Below, piece by piece: positions 38,400 to 51,835 of a stretch of DNA of 64,000 nt. The notes under the pieces are model-generated. The model worked only from the letters and a program-made list of their open reading frames with translations. It had not been told where the DNA came from and did no database searches. The position numbers were made by a program, and so were the translations under genes. The first letter of the stretch is position 1. Every line of letters starts with the position of its first letter. Source of the stretch: Chiloscyllium plagiosum. Taxonomy: Eukaryota. The stretch covers positions 18,389,852-18,453,851 of the forward strand of contig NC_057728.1 in assembly GCF_004010195.1 (NCBI RefSeq), in the 5' to 3' direction.

Positions 38400-39130
38400 A
38401 CCAGGAAGGCAAATGAATCTAGAATTCTGCTAATCTATCATCAAGCTGCATTAACAATTTGATGGTCGTTGATAACTCCACCTATGTAGGCTCCATAAGC
38501 AATCTGTCACTTGATGCTAAAATCAACACATAGATCACAAATGTTGCAGCTCTTATACCCAACCTGAGTAAGAAGATGTAGAATAATAGCAAATTGAGTT
38601 CAGGTTAAGATTTCAAGTTTGCTTTCCCAAACACATCCTCAGCATTTCTTAGCAAGATAAAGTTGCCCATTCAATAGTTCTGCAGTATTATAATTACATC
38701 AGCATGCACTCGTTGGGATGGTTTGCATTTCTTTGGCCATGTTCAATGATGGCTCTACACCCAAAACATCTTCTACATGGTGACCCGATCATTGATTCAG
38801 GATCCATTGAATGTCCACCATTCTGTTGCAAGGAAACCTACAAATGATGGTGAAAACGGCAGACATTGACAGAGACAATTGGAAATCAGACACAAATGCT
38901 TGTCACATCTCAAGGTTGATTGTTTGGAAGGATAAAGGAAGAGATGAGGTGGAACTGAAAGTCAGCTTATTGGGAAGAAGATCCAGAGAAAACAGAGTGC
39001 AGGAAATCCTGCACCTTTCAGCAGACTACCTTTACCAGCAGCAAATGTGGCAGAAACTACTATTCCAGAGTGGGGCACCAAAGCCACAGCAGGCTGTGTT
39101 TGACACAACAGCACTAATCACTGTCTTATG
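38400..39130 (+). mobile_element. Probable RTE-clade LINE relic
   Basis: Degraded resemblance only (ttcacctatgtaggctcc.., cgttggg..ggccatgt.., cagcaaatgtggcagaaact). Confidence 0.35.
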
Positions 39131-40244
39131 TGATAGATGGCTACCAAAGAACTTGTGAAGCATACATTCCATTTCAAGAACGAAAACCACCTTTTAATTA
39201 CTTCATTCATCCATTATAGTGGTTATGAAGATGCATTACTTGAAACGTTACATTTAGAATATCATTAATTGGACAAAAATACAAATCCTGGATTTTCATT
39301 TTACAAAAAACACACTGCAAATCAGAAGAGACTGGCATCAGCAAGGAAAATGTTGCATTTACAAAGAACACAAGCTGATTGACAGAAAACACCAAGTCTG
39401 CAACACTTACAGAGAGTTCACATAACCCCATTTATGGTCATAATAAAGCTATTGGATTCATTAATAGAATTAGAACTTGCCTGGACCATTTGCCATCTCT
39501 CTCGTTCCATCAACATTTGAGAGTTGAAAACACAATGAAAGACCGCATCATTCTAAGTGGAGGATTGCTAAAAGAAGAACTCTTCATTGCTGCAACTTGA
39601 GAGTTAAAGGGGCATCTAAACCTATCACACTGTCTCTAGATAGAAAGAATACAGCCAGCTATCACTGTACGAGAAACATGGACAGTGCTGACTGCTTGTG
39701 TGCAAACTCACCAGCTACAGCCCAGTATTTGTGACAACCTAGGATTTAAAAAAAGAATTTAATTGCTATTTGCACCTAGTCTTAGAGGACGTATATGTTA
39801 GCTTTCAAGGAGGATAGTTGTTTACATTTGCAAAGTTTAAACCTTTAATTAATAGTCTTTACATTTTTGTTTGAGTAATTTTTATTTGAAATAAACTAAT
39901 TCTTTAGCAATAAGTTTAATTTTTAAAAATTCATTTTTTACAGTCACATTTTGTTGTGGCCAGTGGAAAAGTCAGACAAGGAATCAGTCCACCACTCCGA
40001 AATCAGTCATAACAGTAGGAAGTAATCAAAATAGTATTTATTGAGGGTTGGATACTGATGTTGTAAACATTAGAAATCAAAATTAAGAAACAAATTACTA
40101 AGAATTTGTTGCATCCACTAGTCAAAATGAGACAGCATATTAAATTAACATGAGAAGAGTATGGTATTTGGTAGCTCAGTTAGAATCCCCTTCTTTGGAA
40201 TCGCTCAACCTCAGCCTTCAACTAACCCTTTCATCTTTTTTCTG

Positions 40245-40440
40245 ATTTGAAGATGCCGATGTTGGACGGGGGTGTACAAAGTTAAAAATCACACAACACC
40301 AGGTTATAGTCCAACAGGTTTAATTGGAAGCACTAGCTTTCAGAGTGCTGATCCTTCATTCAGGAGTGGCGCTCCGAAAGCTAGTGCTTCCAATTAAACC
40401 TGTTGGACTATAACCTGGTGTTGTGTGATTTTTAACTTTT
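40245..40440. mobile_element. Hairpin Penelope pLTR insertion (family 2) with a 12-bp TSD
   Basis: TSD atcttttttctg at 40233-40244 and 40441-40452. Near-perfect inverted arms aaagttaaaaatcacacaacaccaggttatagtccaacagg.. Degenerate hammerhead (ggag..ctccgaaagcta). Confidence 0.85.
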
Positions 40441-41849
40441 ATCTTTTTTCTGTACTTCATTTCAGTACAAAATGAATGACTACTGTCGAATAGATTTTCT
40501 TTGATTCTTTTCAAATTACCAATTTACTTTCTGACCCTTTCTTAAAAGAAAAATATGACTTTCACAGCACTGAAAACCAAAATACCCATTCCACTTTGGA
40601 ATCCAAGTTCCCAATTAATAACAAAATATTAGAAATCTTCATCAAAATATTAGAAACATAATTGGACAAATCAGATAAAGGTTGTGGCTACAACAGCAGA
40701 CCAGATGCTTGGAATCTGGAGGTGAGTAATCACCTCCTGACTCCCGAAATCCTGGCCACCATCTACAAAGTATAAATCAAGAGTGAGACAGAATAATCTA
40801 CGATTGCATGGATGCGTACAGCTTCAATCTTTCTCATCAATGAAGCAAAAAGGCACAAGTGTTTATTGTCTACAAGATGTACTGCGACAATTCACAGGGC
40901 ACCTTCAACAGTACATTCCAAACAAAGATTCTCTACCACCGAGAAATTCAAAGGCACCACCACTTGTAGGTTGCCCTACTAGCCACAGGCCAACCAGAAT
41001 TGAAACACATTGCTACTTCTTCACTGTCATTGGATTAAAATTCTGGAACTCCCTTACTAATTCTCTTCAAAACAGCATTTTGAACGCACTCCATGCCCTG
41101 CAATGGTTCAAGAAAGTGGCTCACCACTATCTTCTCAAGGGAAATTAGGGAAGGGTGATAAACACTCATTCAGCCAGTAGCAGTTACATATATATCATTT
41201 CTTAAAAATCAATGTCGATGATATCTTCAAGGCACAGAATATAGAAGAGGAAGTAAATGGAGCCCAGGTCAAATATTCTGCGAGTACAGAGGCAATAGTG
41301 TACAACTGGGAAGCAAACAATTGTGGTAACTGTTCTGGGTATTCTCAGATAAGAGTGGAACTTTGCCAGAGAAATTCCATTTAGCTAGTTGATGGAGCAG
41401 AGATAGGATGGTGTGAGGGAGATGGTATAATTGACCATGTCATTTGCTGCAGAACAGTTTGGGTAGGAAGGCAATAAGGAATAATGTCTCATAGTTACAA
41501 TTAGAGGGGCACAATGTGTGACTTTGAAGAGAGCAAGGTACAACTAGTCAATAAAAATCCATGCTGCTACTGTGGCAACTTGGGAAAAGCCAGTATGGAA
41601 GTAGTAACTGAAGTCAGGAGGGGAGATTACTATAAGGGACATAGTATTGCCATTTGTGAACCATTTCAGTCAAGTCCAAGGTGTCAATGAAATTATCCAC
41701 AAGAAGATCATGAATGGCAAAGGCCTTGTTTGCAATTCAAAATCTGCAACCCAGCATTGCATTCTCACAGCAAATAGGCATAGAAATACAGTATATGCAA
41801 CCGTGCCAGCCCATGTCCTGTGAACACATTTTAAAAATGTATATACCTC

Positions 41850-42544
41850 TTTGATATTAAAACAAAGAACAGGTACAAAGGGAGCAAGCAACAGAGGCCC
41901 TGGAGGAGTATAAGAACTGGAGTGGTGGGAACTCATGAAAACAAATGGAGCATGAAAAAACACTGGTGGGCAAAATTAGGGAGAATCCCAAGATAATTTA
42001 CAAGTTTACAATTTATAATCAAGGGGAAGAGAATAACCAGAGAAAGAGTAGGGCCAATTAGGGATCCCAAGGAGGCAACTTGTGCATGAATCTGCAGGAC
42101 ATTGGTGGAGTATACATGAGCACCACATATTTCTTTGGGAGAAGGAGAATGCAAGAACAAAATTTGAGAAGATGGACTGTGATGGTTCTTCAGCAAATTG
42201 ATATAAGCAGCGAGGAGGTAATTCAATCATAGAGATGTACAGCATGGAAGCAGACCAATCGGTCCAACCCATTCATGCCAACCAGGTATCCTAAATTAAC
42301 TTAGTCCCATTTGCCAACATTTGGCCCATATCCCTCTAAACCTAGGTCTAGATGAGTTGTATCTCAGGTTACTATGGGAGATGAGGAAGAAAATAACAGG
42401 GCCCCGAACCATATTTTAAATTGTCTCTGGCCACCGGGGAGGTGTCAGAGAATTGCAGAATAGTGAATGTGAAACAACTTTCCAAAATGGGTGGTAGAGA
42501 TAGATCAGGCAACTACAGACAAGTGAGTCTTAACATCAGTGGTT
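41850..42544 (+). mobile_element. CR1-type LINE ORF2 5' fragments, continuing after the PLE at about 43730
   Basis: ENPK..RERVGPIRD-like sequence and ggcaactacagacaagtgagtctta (NYRPVSL). Confidence 0.65.
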
Positions 42545-42548
42545 GGCA

Positions 42549-43730
42549 TGATTTGGAGGAGCCAGTGGTGGACTGGGGTGGACAAAATTAAAAATCACAC
42601 AACACCAAGTTATAGTCCAACAGGTTTATTTGGAGACACTAGATTTTGAAACACTGCTTCTTCATCAGGTGGTTGTGAAATAGGACCATAAGACACAGAA
42701 TTTATAGCAAAAGGTTACAGTGCCATGCAGCTGAAATGACAAACCTAGATTAAATCTTTTATCTTTGAGAATGGGTTTGCTCATTTTGGTTCTTTAGTAT
42801 GTAAATCCCCAGAACTTCTTTAAGTCACATTCTCAAGGTAACTTCACGATTTCTAACAAAAGGTGCCAACTCATTTCAGACAATGCATTTAAGGTATGAG
42901 GTAAAAGTTTGTCCCAATCTTCAGTCAGACTGGTTCTATTTCTAAAATTGGATTTATAGAATATTACATAGATTGACTGTAGATTATGCATTTTTGAGCA
43001 AAATAGAATGTATCTGCAAATATAATTCTGCAGATACAAACCCACCCTATAAATTTATATGTGTGAACATGCAGGAGTGACAGAGTGAGCATGTGCACGT
43101 GAGAAAATGTGTATATTTGTGTGTGTGAGCGTGTGTGCATGTGAGAAAATGTGTATATTTCTGTGTGTAAGCTTGGTAAAGTATGTGTGTGAGTCTGATG
43201 GGAGTGTGTGTGTGTGTGTGTGTGTGTCCAACTTTGCCTTGTTGCCTGGAGTCCTGAAATCTACCTCACATGATGGTCACCTGAAGGTCCAAGGCCAAAT
43301 GTTACTGCCTGCTGAAGTGTTCCCCAACTGGGAAAGAACACCCCTGCCTGGTGATTGTTGTGTGGTGTCCATTTATCCAATGTCATATCATCTGCTCAGT
43401 CTCGCCAAGGTACTATGCCTCAGGCATCCTTGTCTGCAGCGTATGAGATAGACAATGTTGGCCAAGTCACATGAGTACCTGCCACATACATGGTGGGTGG
43501 TGTCCCCATGGGTAATGGTGGTATCCATGTCAACACTGACAGGTCTCGCAGTGGTTGCCATGACAGTGTTGTACAGTGTAGTGGTCGATTTCGGTCCTGA
43601 AGGCTGGGCAGTTTGCTGCAAACAATGATCGGTTTAAGGTTGGTGGTTGTTTAAAGGCGAGAAGTGGAGGCATAGGGAAGGTTTTGGCAAGGTGCTCATC
43701 ATCATCGATAATGTGTTGCAACAAATCGGA
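42549..43730 (-). mobile_element. Penelope-like element (Neptune-like) 3' part: Cys-rich linker, GIY-YIG, (CA)n 3'UTR and family-2 pLTR
   Basis: Minus peptides PLLAFKQPP, CHGNHCETCQ and YSCDLANIVYLIRCRQGC. Terminal 42549-42675 matches the family-2 hairpin arms. Confidence 0.8.
43080..43227. repeat. (TG)n-rich repeat inside the PLE 3'UTR
   Basis: gtgtgt arrays and a duplicated gtgagaaaatgtgtatattt unit. Confidence 0.9.
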
Positions 43731-45026
43731 GGTAGGAAAATTATTGAAAGAATATAGCGAAGGTGAAAACAAATCTTCTTATATTTCAAGGAGGAGACCA
43801 AATGTGTAGATGAGGGTAAGACAGTTGATGGTTTATATGGATTTCAGCAAGGCCTTTGACAAGGTTCCACATGTAATAATGATAAAGAAGATAAAAGCTC
43901 ATGAGATCCATGGTAACTTGGCATTTTGGATCTAAAATAGTGTTGTTGGCAGAAGGCTGTTTGTGTGGCAGGAGCCCAATGTACAGTGGCAAACCACAAA
44001 GATCAGTGCAGGGTTGCTTACTGTTTGCAATATTCATACATTATGTAGATGAGAATGTGGGGGGGAATGATCAGTAAGTTTGCAGATGATTGGCAGCGTG
44101 GTTGACAGCAAGGAGGGAAGCTTTAGGTTAAAGGTGGATATAAATGAATCGGTTAGATGGGCAAATGGAATTTAACCCTGAAAAAAGTGAGATGATGCAC
44201 TTTGGAAGTAACAAGACAAGGGAGCAGTCAATGAATGGCAAGACAATAGAAAGGTCAGAGGAACAGAGGGATCTTAGGACACTTGTCCTGAGATTCCTAA
44301 AGATGGCAGGGCAGGTCAAGGCACAGATTATAAGAGTAGGGAGGTTATGTTGGAGCTGTGCTTAACTTTGCTTAGGACACAACTAGAGTACTGTGTGCAG
44401 TTCTGGTTACTACAAGTGGACCAGCTCTAGATGAGTTGTATCCTAGGCTACTGTGAGAGATGAGGGAGAAAATAACAGGGCCCTGACCCAAATTTTAAAC
44501 CGCATCTGGCCACAGGGGAAGTACCAGAGGACTGGAAGACTGCAATTACACTGGAAGGATGCAATTACACTGGAAGGGGTGGAGAGGAAATTCACCAGGG
44601 TGTTCCCTGGATGGAGCATTTCAGCTATGAAGAGATGCTGTATAAGCTCGGGTTTTCTTTGGAGTAGAGAAGTTCAAGGGGGATCTCAAAGGGGATAGAT
44701 ATTATGAGGGAATAATATTATGAGGGACATGGACAGGGTAAATTGAAAACAGCTGTTTCCCTTAGTCAAAGGGTTAAGAAGGGGGCACACATTTAAAGAG
44801 AAAGGCAAGTAATTTAGAGGGGATTTGAGAAAAAATGTTTTCATTCAGAGGATAGTGGGGGTCTGGAATGCATTGCCTCAGAAGATAGCTGAGGCAGGAA
44901 ACCTCAGAATTTTAAAGAGTACTCAGATGAACACTTGAAATGTCATAACGTTCAAGGTTATGGACCAACTGCAGGAAAGTGGGGTCAGTGTATGCAGGTA
45001 TATTTTTGACAACGTGGACTCAATAG
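43731..45026 (+). mobile_element. CR1-type LINE RT to 3' end
   Basis: YMDFSKAFDKVPH, SKFADD, QMEFNPEK, LEYCVQFW. Confidence 0.88.
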
Positions 45027-45595
45027 TGTTACGACACTGCTAATTAAACACCCAGAAAAGCTCACCTCGCCTGTAAAAGTATTAGTGACAGAGATCTCAC
45101 AAACTCCAACATTTAAAGAAAAATATCAATTTATTCTTTAATTCTAAAAGTAAACATTAAACAACAACTATTCACAACTCTAAGCGTCCTTTCTCCTAAC
45201 TGCCTGTTACCTGTCTCCAACTCTATAACAATATACTGATCCAATAAAAGCCCCTAATAAAATTACATCAACTTAATTTTCAAAACCAACTTCTTTTATA
45301 CCCCAAACCTGGGATCGTCACATTGATTCGATGTTGGCCAAACAGTGAAATTCAAATTCAATTGGATTTTAGTATCCTGGAGCATAATTTAAACTGATTG
45401 GTTAAATTCAAATAGTTGTCAACATAGCAACCAAAACTCAGGTGTGTGTTTCACAGCCAAATGTTACATATTTTCAATTTTCCAGTACACTCTGAGACTA
45501 CTAGTCAGTCAAATGACAGTTGCTTGCAAGCTCTCAGTGCAAAACAGCTTTCTCTCTCTCTTAAAGGTACAGTACATGCCTTCAACTTCATAACA
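45027..45595 (-). mobile_element. Probable solo LTR inserted in the CR1 tail
   Basis: TGTTACGA...TCATAACA termini and flanks atag/aaag. Minus-strand TATAAAA at about 45300 and AATAAA at about 45134. The CR1 tail resumes afterwards (ggccaaagagc..tgattctatga). Confidence 0.65.
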
Positions 45596-45965
45596 AAAGG
45601 CCAAAGAGCATCTTCTGTATTAAATGATTCTATGATATCAGTGAAATAGTTCAAATCTAGAAAGCAGCTATTTTTATCCAGGAAAAAGAGACCATGTTAT
45701 CCTACAACAGGAATGCATGAGTTGATGATAGTCTGGAGTGGCAATAGGTTCCTCTCCAGACACTGAAATCAGTTCAGAATATTTTCCTGTGATCCCACCA
45801 GTAGAACTGGGTCATCATAGAAAGATTATGAATCAGTTCCTCCCAGTTTGTAGATATTGAGTATCATAGCATTTCCTTTCAAATGCATATAGATTGCTGC
45901 AAACTAAATCTGAAACTGTTTCCAAGCATGCCACTGACCTCAAATCCAGGCAGATATACCGTATG

Positions 45966-46153
45966 AGGAGAAAGTGAGGACTGCAGATGCTGGAGATCAG
46001 AGCTGAAAATGTGTTGCTGGAAAAGCGCAGCAGGTCAGGCAGCATCCAAGGAACAGGAGAATCGACGTTTCGGGCATAAGCCCTGAAGAAGGGCTTATAG
46101 CGATACGTCGATTCTCCTGTTCCTTGGATGCTGCCTGACCTGCTGCGCTTTTC
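45966..46153. mobile_element. Hairpin Penelope pLTR insertion (family 1) with a 15-bp TSD
   Basis: cagatataccgtatg at 45951-45965 and cagatataccatatg at 46154-46168. Inverted arms. Confidence 0.88.
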
Positions 46154-46489
46154 CAGATATACCATATGGACTATTACAAGCCATTAAATTGCAATACTTA
46201 GCTATTGCTCTTTTTTTTTACTTTTTCCAAAAAATATTTCATGGAAATAATCTGAATGCATCTTTTTCCACTAAACATTTGTTTATTTCCACTCCAAAGA
46301 ATTTGTCTTTTGGCTGATGGTCTCTTTATGTTACTCTGACACCTTATATGTTTTGCCCATAATCCTCAAAATTAATCATTTGCATTCGATCAAAATATTC
46401 ATCATGCTACAATCACTGCCCCCAAAGTATTCGCTCAGTTTTAGAGAGAGTTTTGAGAGACTTAACTCATTGCACAAGATTCTATTGGT

Positions 46490-48023
46490 ATGTGAACAGA
46501 AAAATATCAGTGAAGCCAAATGTAGGTCCCTCACAGTCAGAAACAGGGAAGTTATAAATGGGGAAACTGATGGGAATAAGAGCCGGTAAATCCCTATGGT
46601 CCGATAAATCAGAATATTTAAAGGAAGTGGCCCTAGGACGAGTGGATGTATTGGTTATCATCTTTTGAGGTTCTAATGATTCTGGAACTGTTGCGATGGA
46701 TTCAAGGGTAGCTAACGTAACCCCACTACTTTATAAAAAGGAAATAGAGAAAAAACACAGGGAATTTTAGACTGATTAGCCTGACATTAATAGTGGTGAA
46801 ACTGCTAGGGTTCATTACAAAATATTTAACAGCAGAGCACTTGTAAAACAGTACAGGATCACCATAGGATTAACTATCAGATTAAATAAGGAGATGCAGT
46901 GGATGTGGTTTAGTTAGACATTCAGGTGACTTTTGATAATATCCCATTTAAGAGATTTGCATGTAAAATTATGGATAGTGGATACAGAATTGGTTGACGG
47001 AAAAATAAAAGATTAGGAATGAACAGATTTTTTCAAAGTGGCAAACAGCAACTAGTGGGTAACACAGGGATCAGTGCTAGAATCTCATATATTTATAATA
47101 TGCACCTTAATGATTTAGATGAAGGAACTAAATATATCTCCAAGTTGATGTCACAAGGCTGATTAGGAAGGTCAGCTTTGAGGATGCAGAGATGTTTCAC
47201 TGTGATTTGCACAAGTTGAGCGAGTGGACAAATGCATGGTAGATGAAGTATAATGTGAAGGCAAGGCTATCCACTTTAGTAGCAAAAATTGAAAGGCAGG
47301 TTATTATCTGAACAGTGCTACTTTGTGAATGAGGGAGATGCAATGAGACCTACACATTCTACTACACTAGTCACTAGAAATACATATGCAGGTACAGCAG
47401 GCAGTGAAGAAGGCAAATGGTATATTGGCCTTCATGGCAAGGGGATTTGAGTATAAGAGCAGGGATGTTTTCCTGCAATTGTATAGGCATGGGTAAGACA
47501 AACCTAGAGTACTGTGTACACTTTTGCTCTCCTTATCTGAGGAAGCATGTTCTGGCTATGGAGGAATTGCAACAAAGGTTTACCAGACTGATCCCAGATA
47601 CGCCAGGACTGAAGTATAAAGATAGATTGGATTGGTTAGGACTCTATTCACTTGAATTTAGAAGAATGAGGGGGGAATCTCATAGAAACCTATAAAATTC
47701 TAATAGGACTACACAAAATAAACACAGGAACCCGATGACCAGAGATTCATGATTTGGGGTCATAGTCTTAGGATATAAAGTATGAGGAGAAACTTCTTCA
47801 CTTAAAGAGCAGTGAGCCTGTAGATTCCTCTGTCAAAGAAAGCAAATAAGGCCAAAACAATGAATGTTCTCAAGAAAGAATTAGGTATAGTTCTTACGTT
47901 CAAATGATATGGGGAGAAAGCAGTAATAGGGCACTGTTTTGGATGATCAGCCATTACCATAGTGAATAGCAGAGTAGGCACAAAGGGCTGAATGGCCTAC
48001 TCCTGTACCTATTTTCTATGTTT
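46490..48023 (+). mobile_element. CR1-type LINE, decayed
   Basis: ANVTPL, NLEYCVHFCSPYLRK, QQRFTRLIP and a CR1 tail. Confidence 0.85.
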
Positions 48024-48664
48024 CAGGTAGTTCAATTTTCCACACTAATTATCTCACAAGATTATGTCATACTGCATCTTCCTCCTTTGCATTTGTAATA
48101 TATTAATTTAGAAAACACCCTTGAGTGTAATATGAAGTAACATCATCCAGGCAAGTGTGGGGAAGAATTGGAGGATTTGAAAACATTGTTACTGATCCTG
48201 AGGCTGGAAAGCATGGGGAAGGGATTAGGATGTCAATTTGGTTGAAGGTGGTGGAGTTTGGCTCAAATTTGGATGATATGTTAAGATTTTGCATGAGTGC
48301 AGAAGTTTTATTTGTAGAAGTTTTGGGAATGCTCAAGCAGATAGGAAAATAAGGTTAACAGGTCTCATCTGTCTGACTCATAGTCGTATTTTTGTGGAAA
48401 TCTTATTCTCATTCCAGTCAAGACCACCAAATTAAAGGAATTGAAATTCGTGATCCCAGGTACTTGCCATGAGAACAGAAGTTCGGGATTCCATGGTTTT
48501 AAACAAACAAACCGGACCGACAAGTATTTCTTTGAAAAAGACGCAGATTGTCTAAGTTTTTCATCTTACACTCAGGACATTTACACAAATACAAATTTAC
48601 ACTAATGCAAAAGGAAAAACTTTCTAGTGTATTCACAGTATTTATTGCTTTTTGAAAAAATGGA

Positions 48665-48882
48665 TGGCACAGTGGCTCAGTGGTTAGCACTTCTCCCTCA
48701 CAATGCCAGGGACCCGGATTTGATTCCAGCCTAGGGTGGCTGTCTGTGTGGAGTTTGCATGTTTTCCCTATGTCTGCGTGGGTTTCCTCCAGGTGGTCAA
48801 GTTCCCTCCTGCAATCTAAAGATGTGCAGTTTAGGTGGATTGGCCATGCTAAATTGCCCATATTGTCCAGAGATGCACAGGT
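48665..48882 (+). mobile_element. HE1-type V-SINE, 3'-truncated
   Basis: Head and V-domain on the plus strand. Confidence 0.88.
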
Positions 48883-50749
48883 TGGGCTGACTGTTAACTG
48901 GCAAGCTTTGATAAATTTAAACCAGGCAGATTAATTATGATTAATTCTTGAGAGCAATGTCAGAACTATCCAGTGAATGGCTGTCACCTCATTTGTGGAC
49001 CTCAAAAAGGGATAATGTATGCACACATTCTTTCTGTCTACAAAAAACTGGGTGCTGTGCAGCTTCCAGAACCAGTGCGTGAACCACACTGCAAGCCAAC
49101 TGAAAAAAATAAGTTTAGTTGTCAGGGTAATTCTTGGAACACGGTAGATTATTGCTGTCCAACTGCAGAATCACATTTAATATGGGACATTGTGTTTTGA
49201 GTTTTACAAGCAAGGACAGATTGGGTACAGTCAGTACCTTGTCTGTTACAAGAAGAGACACGTTTGTCACCAAAGTTGTATAAGTACTAAGTCATATTTG
49301 ACCCATCTGCCACCCTGTGACATATGAGAGCTACGACACATGTACACCAGCTATCCTTCCAAATACCAAATTCAATAATCTTCACATTACAATGATTTGG
49401 TTAATATTGGATTCAGTCTATTGAATTTTAAATTTTGCACTAAACTTCCTCATTGTTTATTGAAGAAGACAATTATTTAGCAGAAAAGAACCTAATAGTT
49501 TATTCTCTTTTATTCATTCTTTCACCATTTCTCCTCCTGCCCAAATATTGTATCGTTAAAGCATCAGTTTGCCACTACTTCTTTCACATCTTCCCCCCTT
49601 TCTTGATCCAATAGGACTCTGTCAGGATATGATTAGTTGGCTGTAATGTTCCCTTTGGTACTTGATCATATGACAATATTATTCATTCTGCTCAGAACTG
49701 TGACATTGCCAATGGTTTGCCACTGCAGAAGAATACAAATGAAATCCACATAAGGCACGGAAATGAGTGTATTTTTTCTGTCATGCAGATTTAACACAAG
49801 TGCAACCAGGTTATTGTTTTGACACAATACCTTCTCCTCCCAATTGGAATGTAACAAGACTTCTCTTCAGCAAGAGGACAATCTGACTAGTGCTAGTGAA
49901 ATGCCAGAAATAAAGTTTGATTGGTAAGTGTGTCAGGAAATCTCTGATTTTTCTTGTTTCAAGATTTTAAAAAGTAGGTGCATTTTTTCCATGTATAAAA
50001 GATGGACATGATCATCACTGATGTTTGCAATGGTGATAGTAATGAACTATTTGTCAGTACGTGTAGACTTCATGCTTTACTTAGAAAAATCATCCTTTCT
50101 ACATGTTTCAATCACATTTCTTGAGTAAATTAGAGGTGCAGACAAAGCTTATGTCTCTGGATAAGGACTTAATTCCTCCCACCTTCTATTATAAGCCACA
50201 GCCTGCTCAAATCCCAGACTCTAACATGATTGGCAGCTTTCAAATCCCAGGAAATTGGAAGTTTAAATTCCTAGTAATTGCCACATTGTCGCTGTATTGG
50301 GACCTCTAAGACTCTAACGATGTGGAAGATTTGGGTCACTATGTCCAAATCTTTCCTAGGATAACAATATCTGTTCACCATTAAATAACATTCACAAAAT
50401 AATAGTAAAAATGTACTATCTTGTTGCTGCTTTAGTTATAAGTGGCAAGACAAAAGGTGTTTTTTTGACCAATAATCCTTTGATTTATCAGCATTGTTAC
50501 ATAATTTAGTTTTATCCTATGTTTGTTGCAGTAAAAATGCTGGTACTCAAACTCTGCAGTCAGCGCCTGACGTTCTCCATCCCTCTATTTCCAGAGTCAA
50601 TGTTTCGGGGTTCTGAAGGATCACTGGTCCCAAAACAACTCTGCCTTCACTTCACAGATGAGTTTCTCCAGCTATTTCTGTTTTTATTTCAGATTTTCAG
50701 CATTTGCAGATTTTTTTGTCGTTTCATATTAGAATTTTATAGGTTTCTA

Positions 50750-51510
50750 TAAGAAATTCCCCTCATTCTACTAAAAAACTCCAATTAATGTAATCCTAAC
50801 TGATTTAGTCTCTCTTTGTACGTCAGACCTACCATTTTAGGAATTAGTCTGGTAAACCCTTGTTGCACTTCCTCCATAGCAAGAAAATCCTTCCTCAGAT
50901 AAGGAGACCACACAATACTCTAGATATGGTCTCATCAAGGCCCTGTACAATTGCAGCAAGACATTCCTGTTTTTCTACTCAAATCCTCTCACAATGAAGG
51001 CCAATATCCCACTTGGCTTCTTCCCTGCCTGCTGCACCTACATGCTTACTTTCAGTGACTAGTGTACTGGACACACAGGTCTCGTTGCAACTCCTTCGTT
51101 TCCAAGCTATCACCTTTCAGATAATAATCTGCCTTTCTGCTTTTGCAATCAGAATAAATTACCTCACATTTATCCAGATTATACTTGATCTGTCATGCAT
51201 TTGCCCACTCACTCAACTTGTGCAAATCAGTGAAGCATGTCTCCTCACAGTTCATCCTCCCGAAAAGCTTTGTGTCATCTATAAACTTGGAACTATTACA
51301 TTTAGTTCCTTGTTCCTTTAGTTCCTAAATCTATGATTTATATTGTGAATAGCTAGGATCTTAGCACTGATCCCTGCAATACCTCAGTAGCTGCCACTCA
51401 GAAAATGACTTGTTTATTCCTGTTCATTGTTTCCTGTCTGCCAATGTGTTCTCTATCCACATCAGTACACTACCCCCAGGTCCATGTGTATTAATTTTAC
51501 ATGCTAATTT
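50750..51510 (-). mobile_element. CR1-type LINE fragment
   Basis: Reverse complement of LYRALMRPYLEYC..SPYLRKD-type sequence. Confidence 0.8.
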
Positions 51511-51513
51511 CTT

Positions 51514-51835
51514 ATAGAATCACTACACTGTAGAGCCCATTAAGTTGACACTGATCCACTGAAGGGCATCCCGGCCAGACATACCCCCCTATCCTATCCC
51601 TGTATTTCCCATGGCTAGTCCACTTACACATCCCTGGACACTACAGGCAATTTAGCATGGCCAATCCGCCTACCTGCACATCTTTGGACTGTGGAAGGAA
51701 ACTGGAGCATGCAGAGGAAACCCATGCAGACACGGGGAAAATTTGCAAACTCCGTACAGACAGTCCCCCAAGGGTGGAATCAAACCTGGGTCTCTGGTCC
51801 TGTGAGGGAGCAGTGCCACTGAGCCATTGTGCCAC
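51514..51835 (-). mobile_element. HE1-type V-SINE
   Basis: Match to the other copies. Confidence 0.85.
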
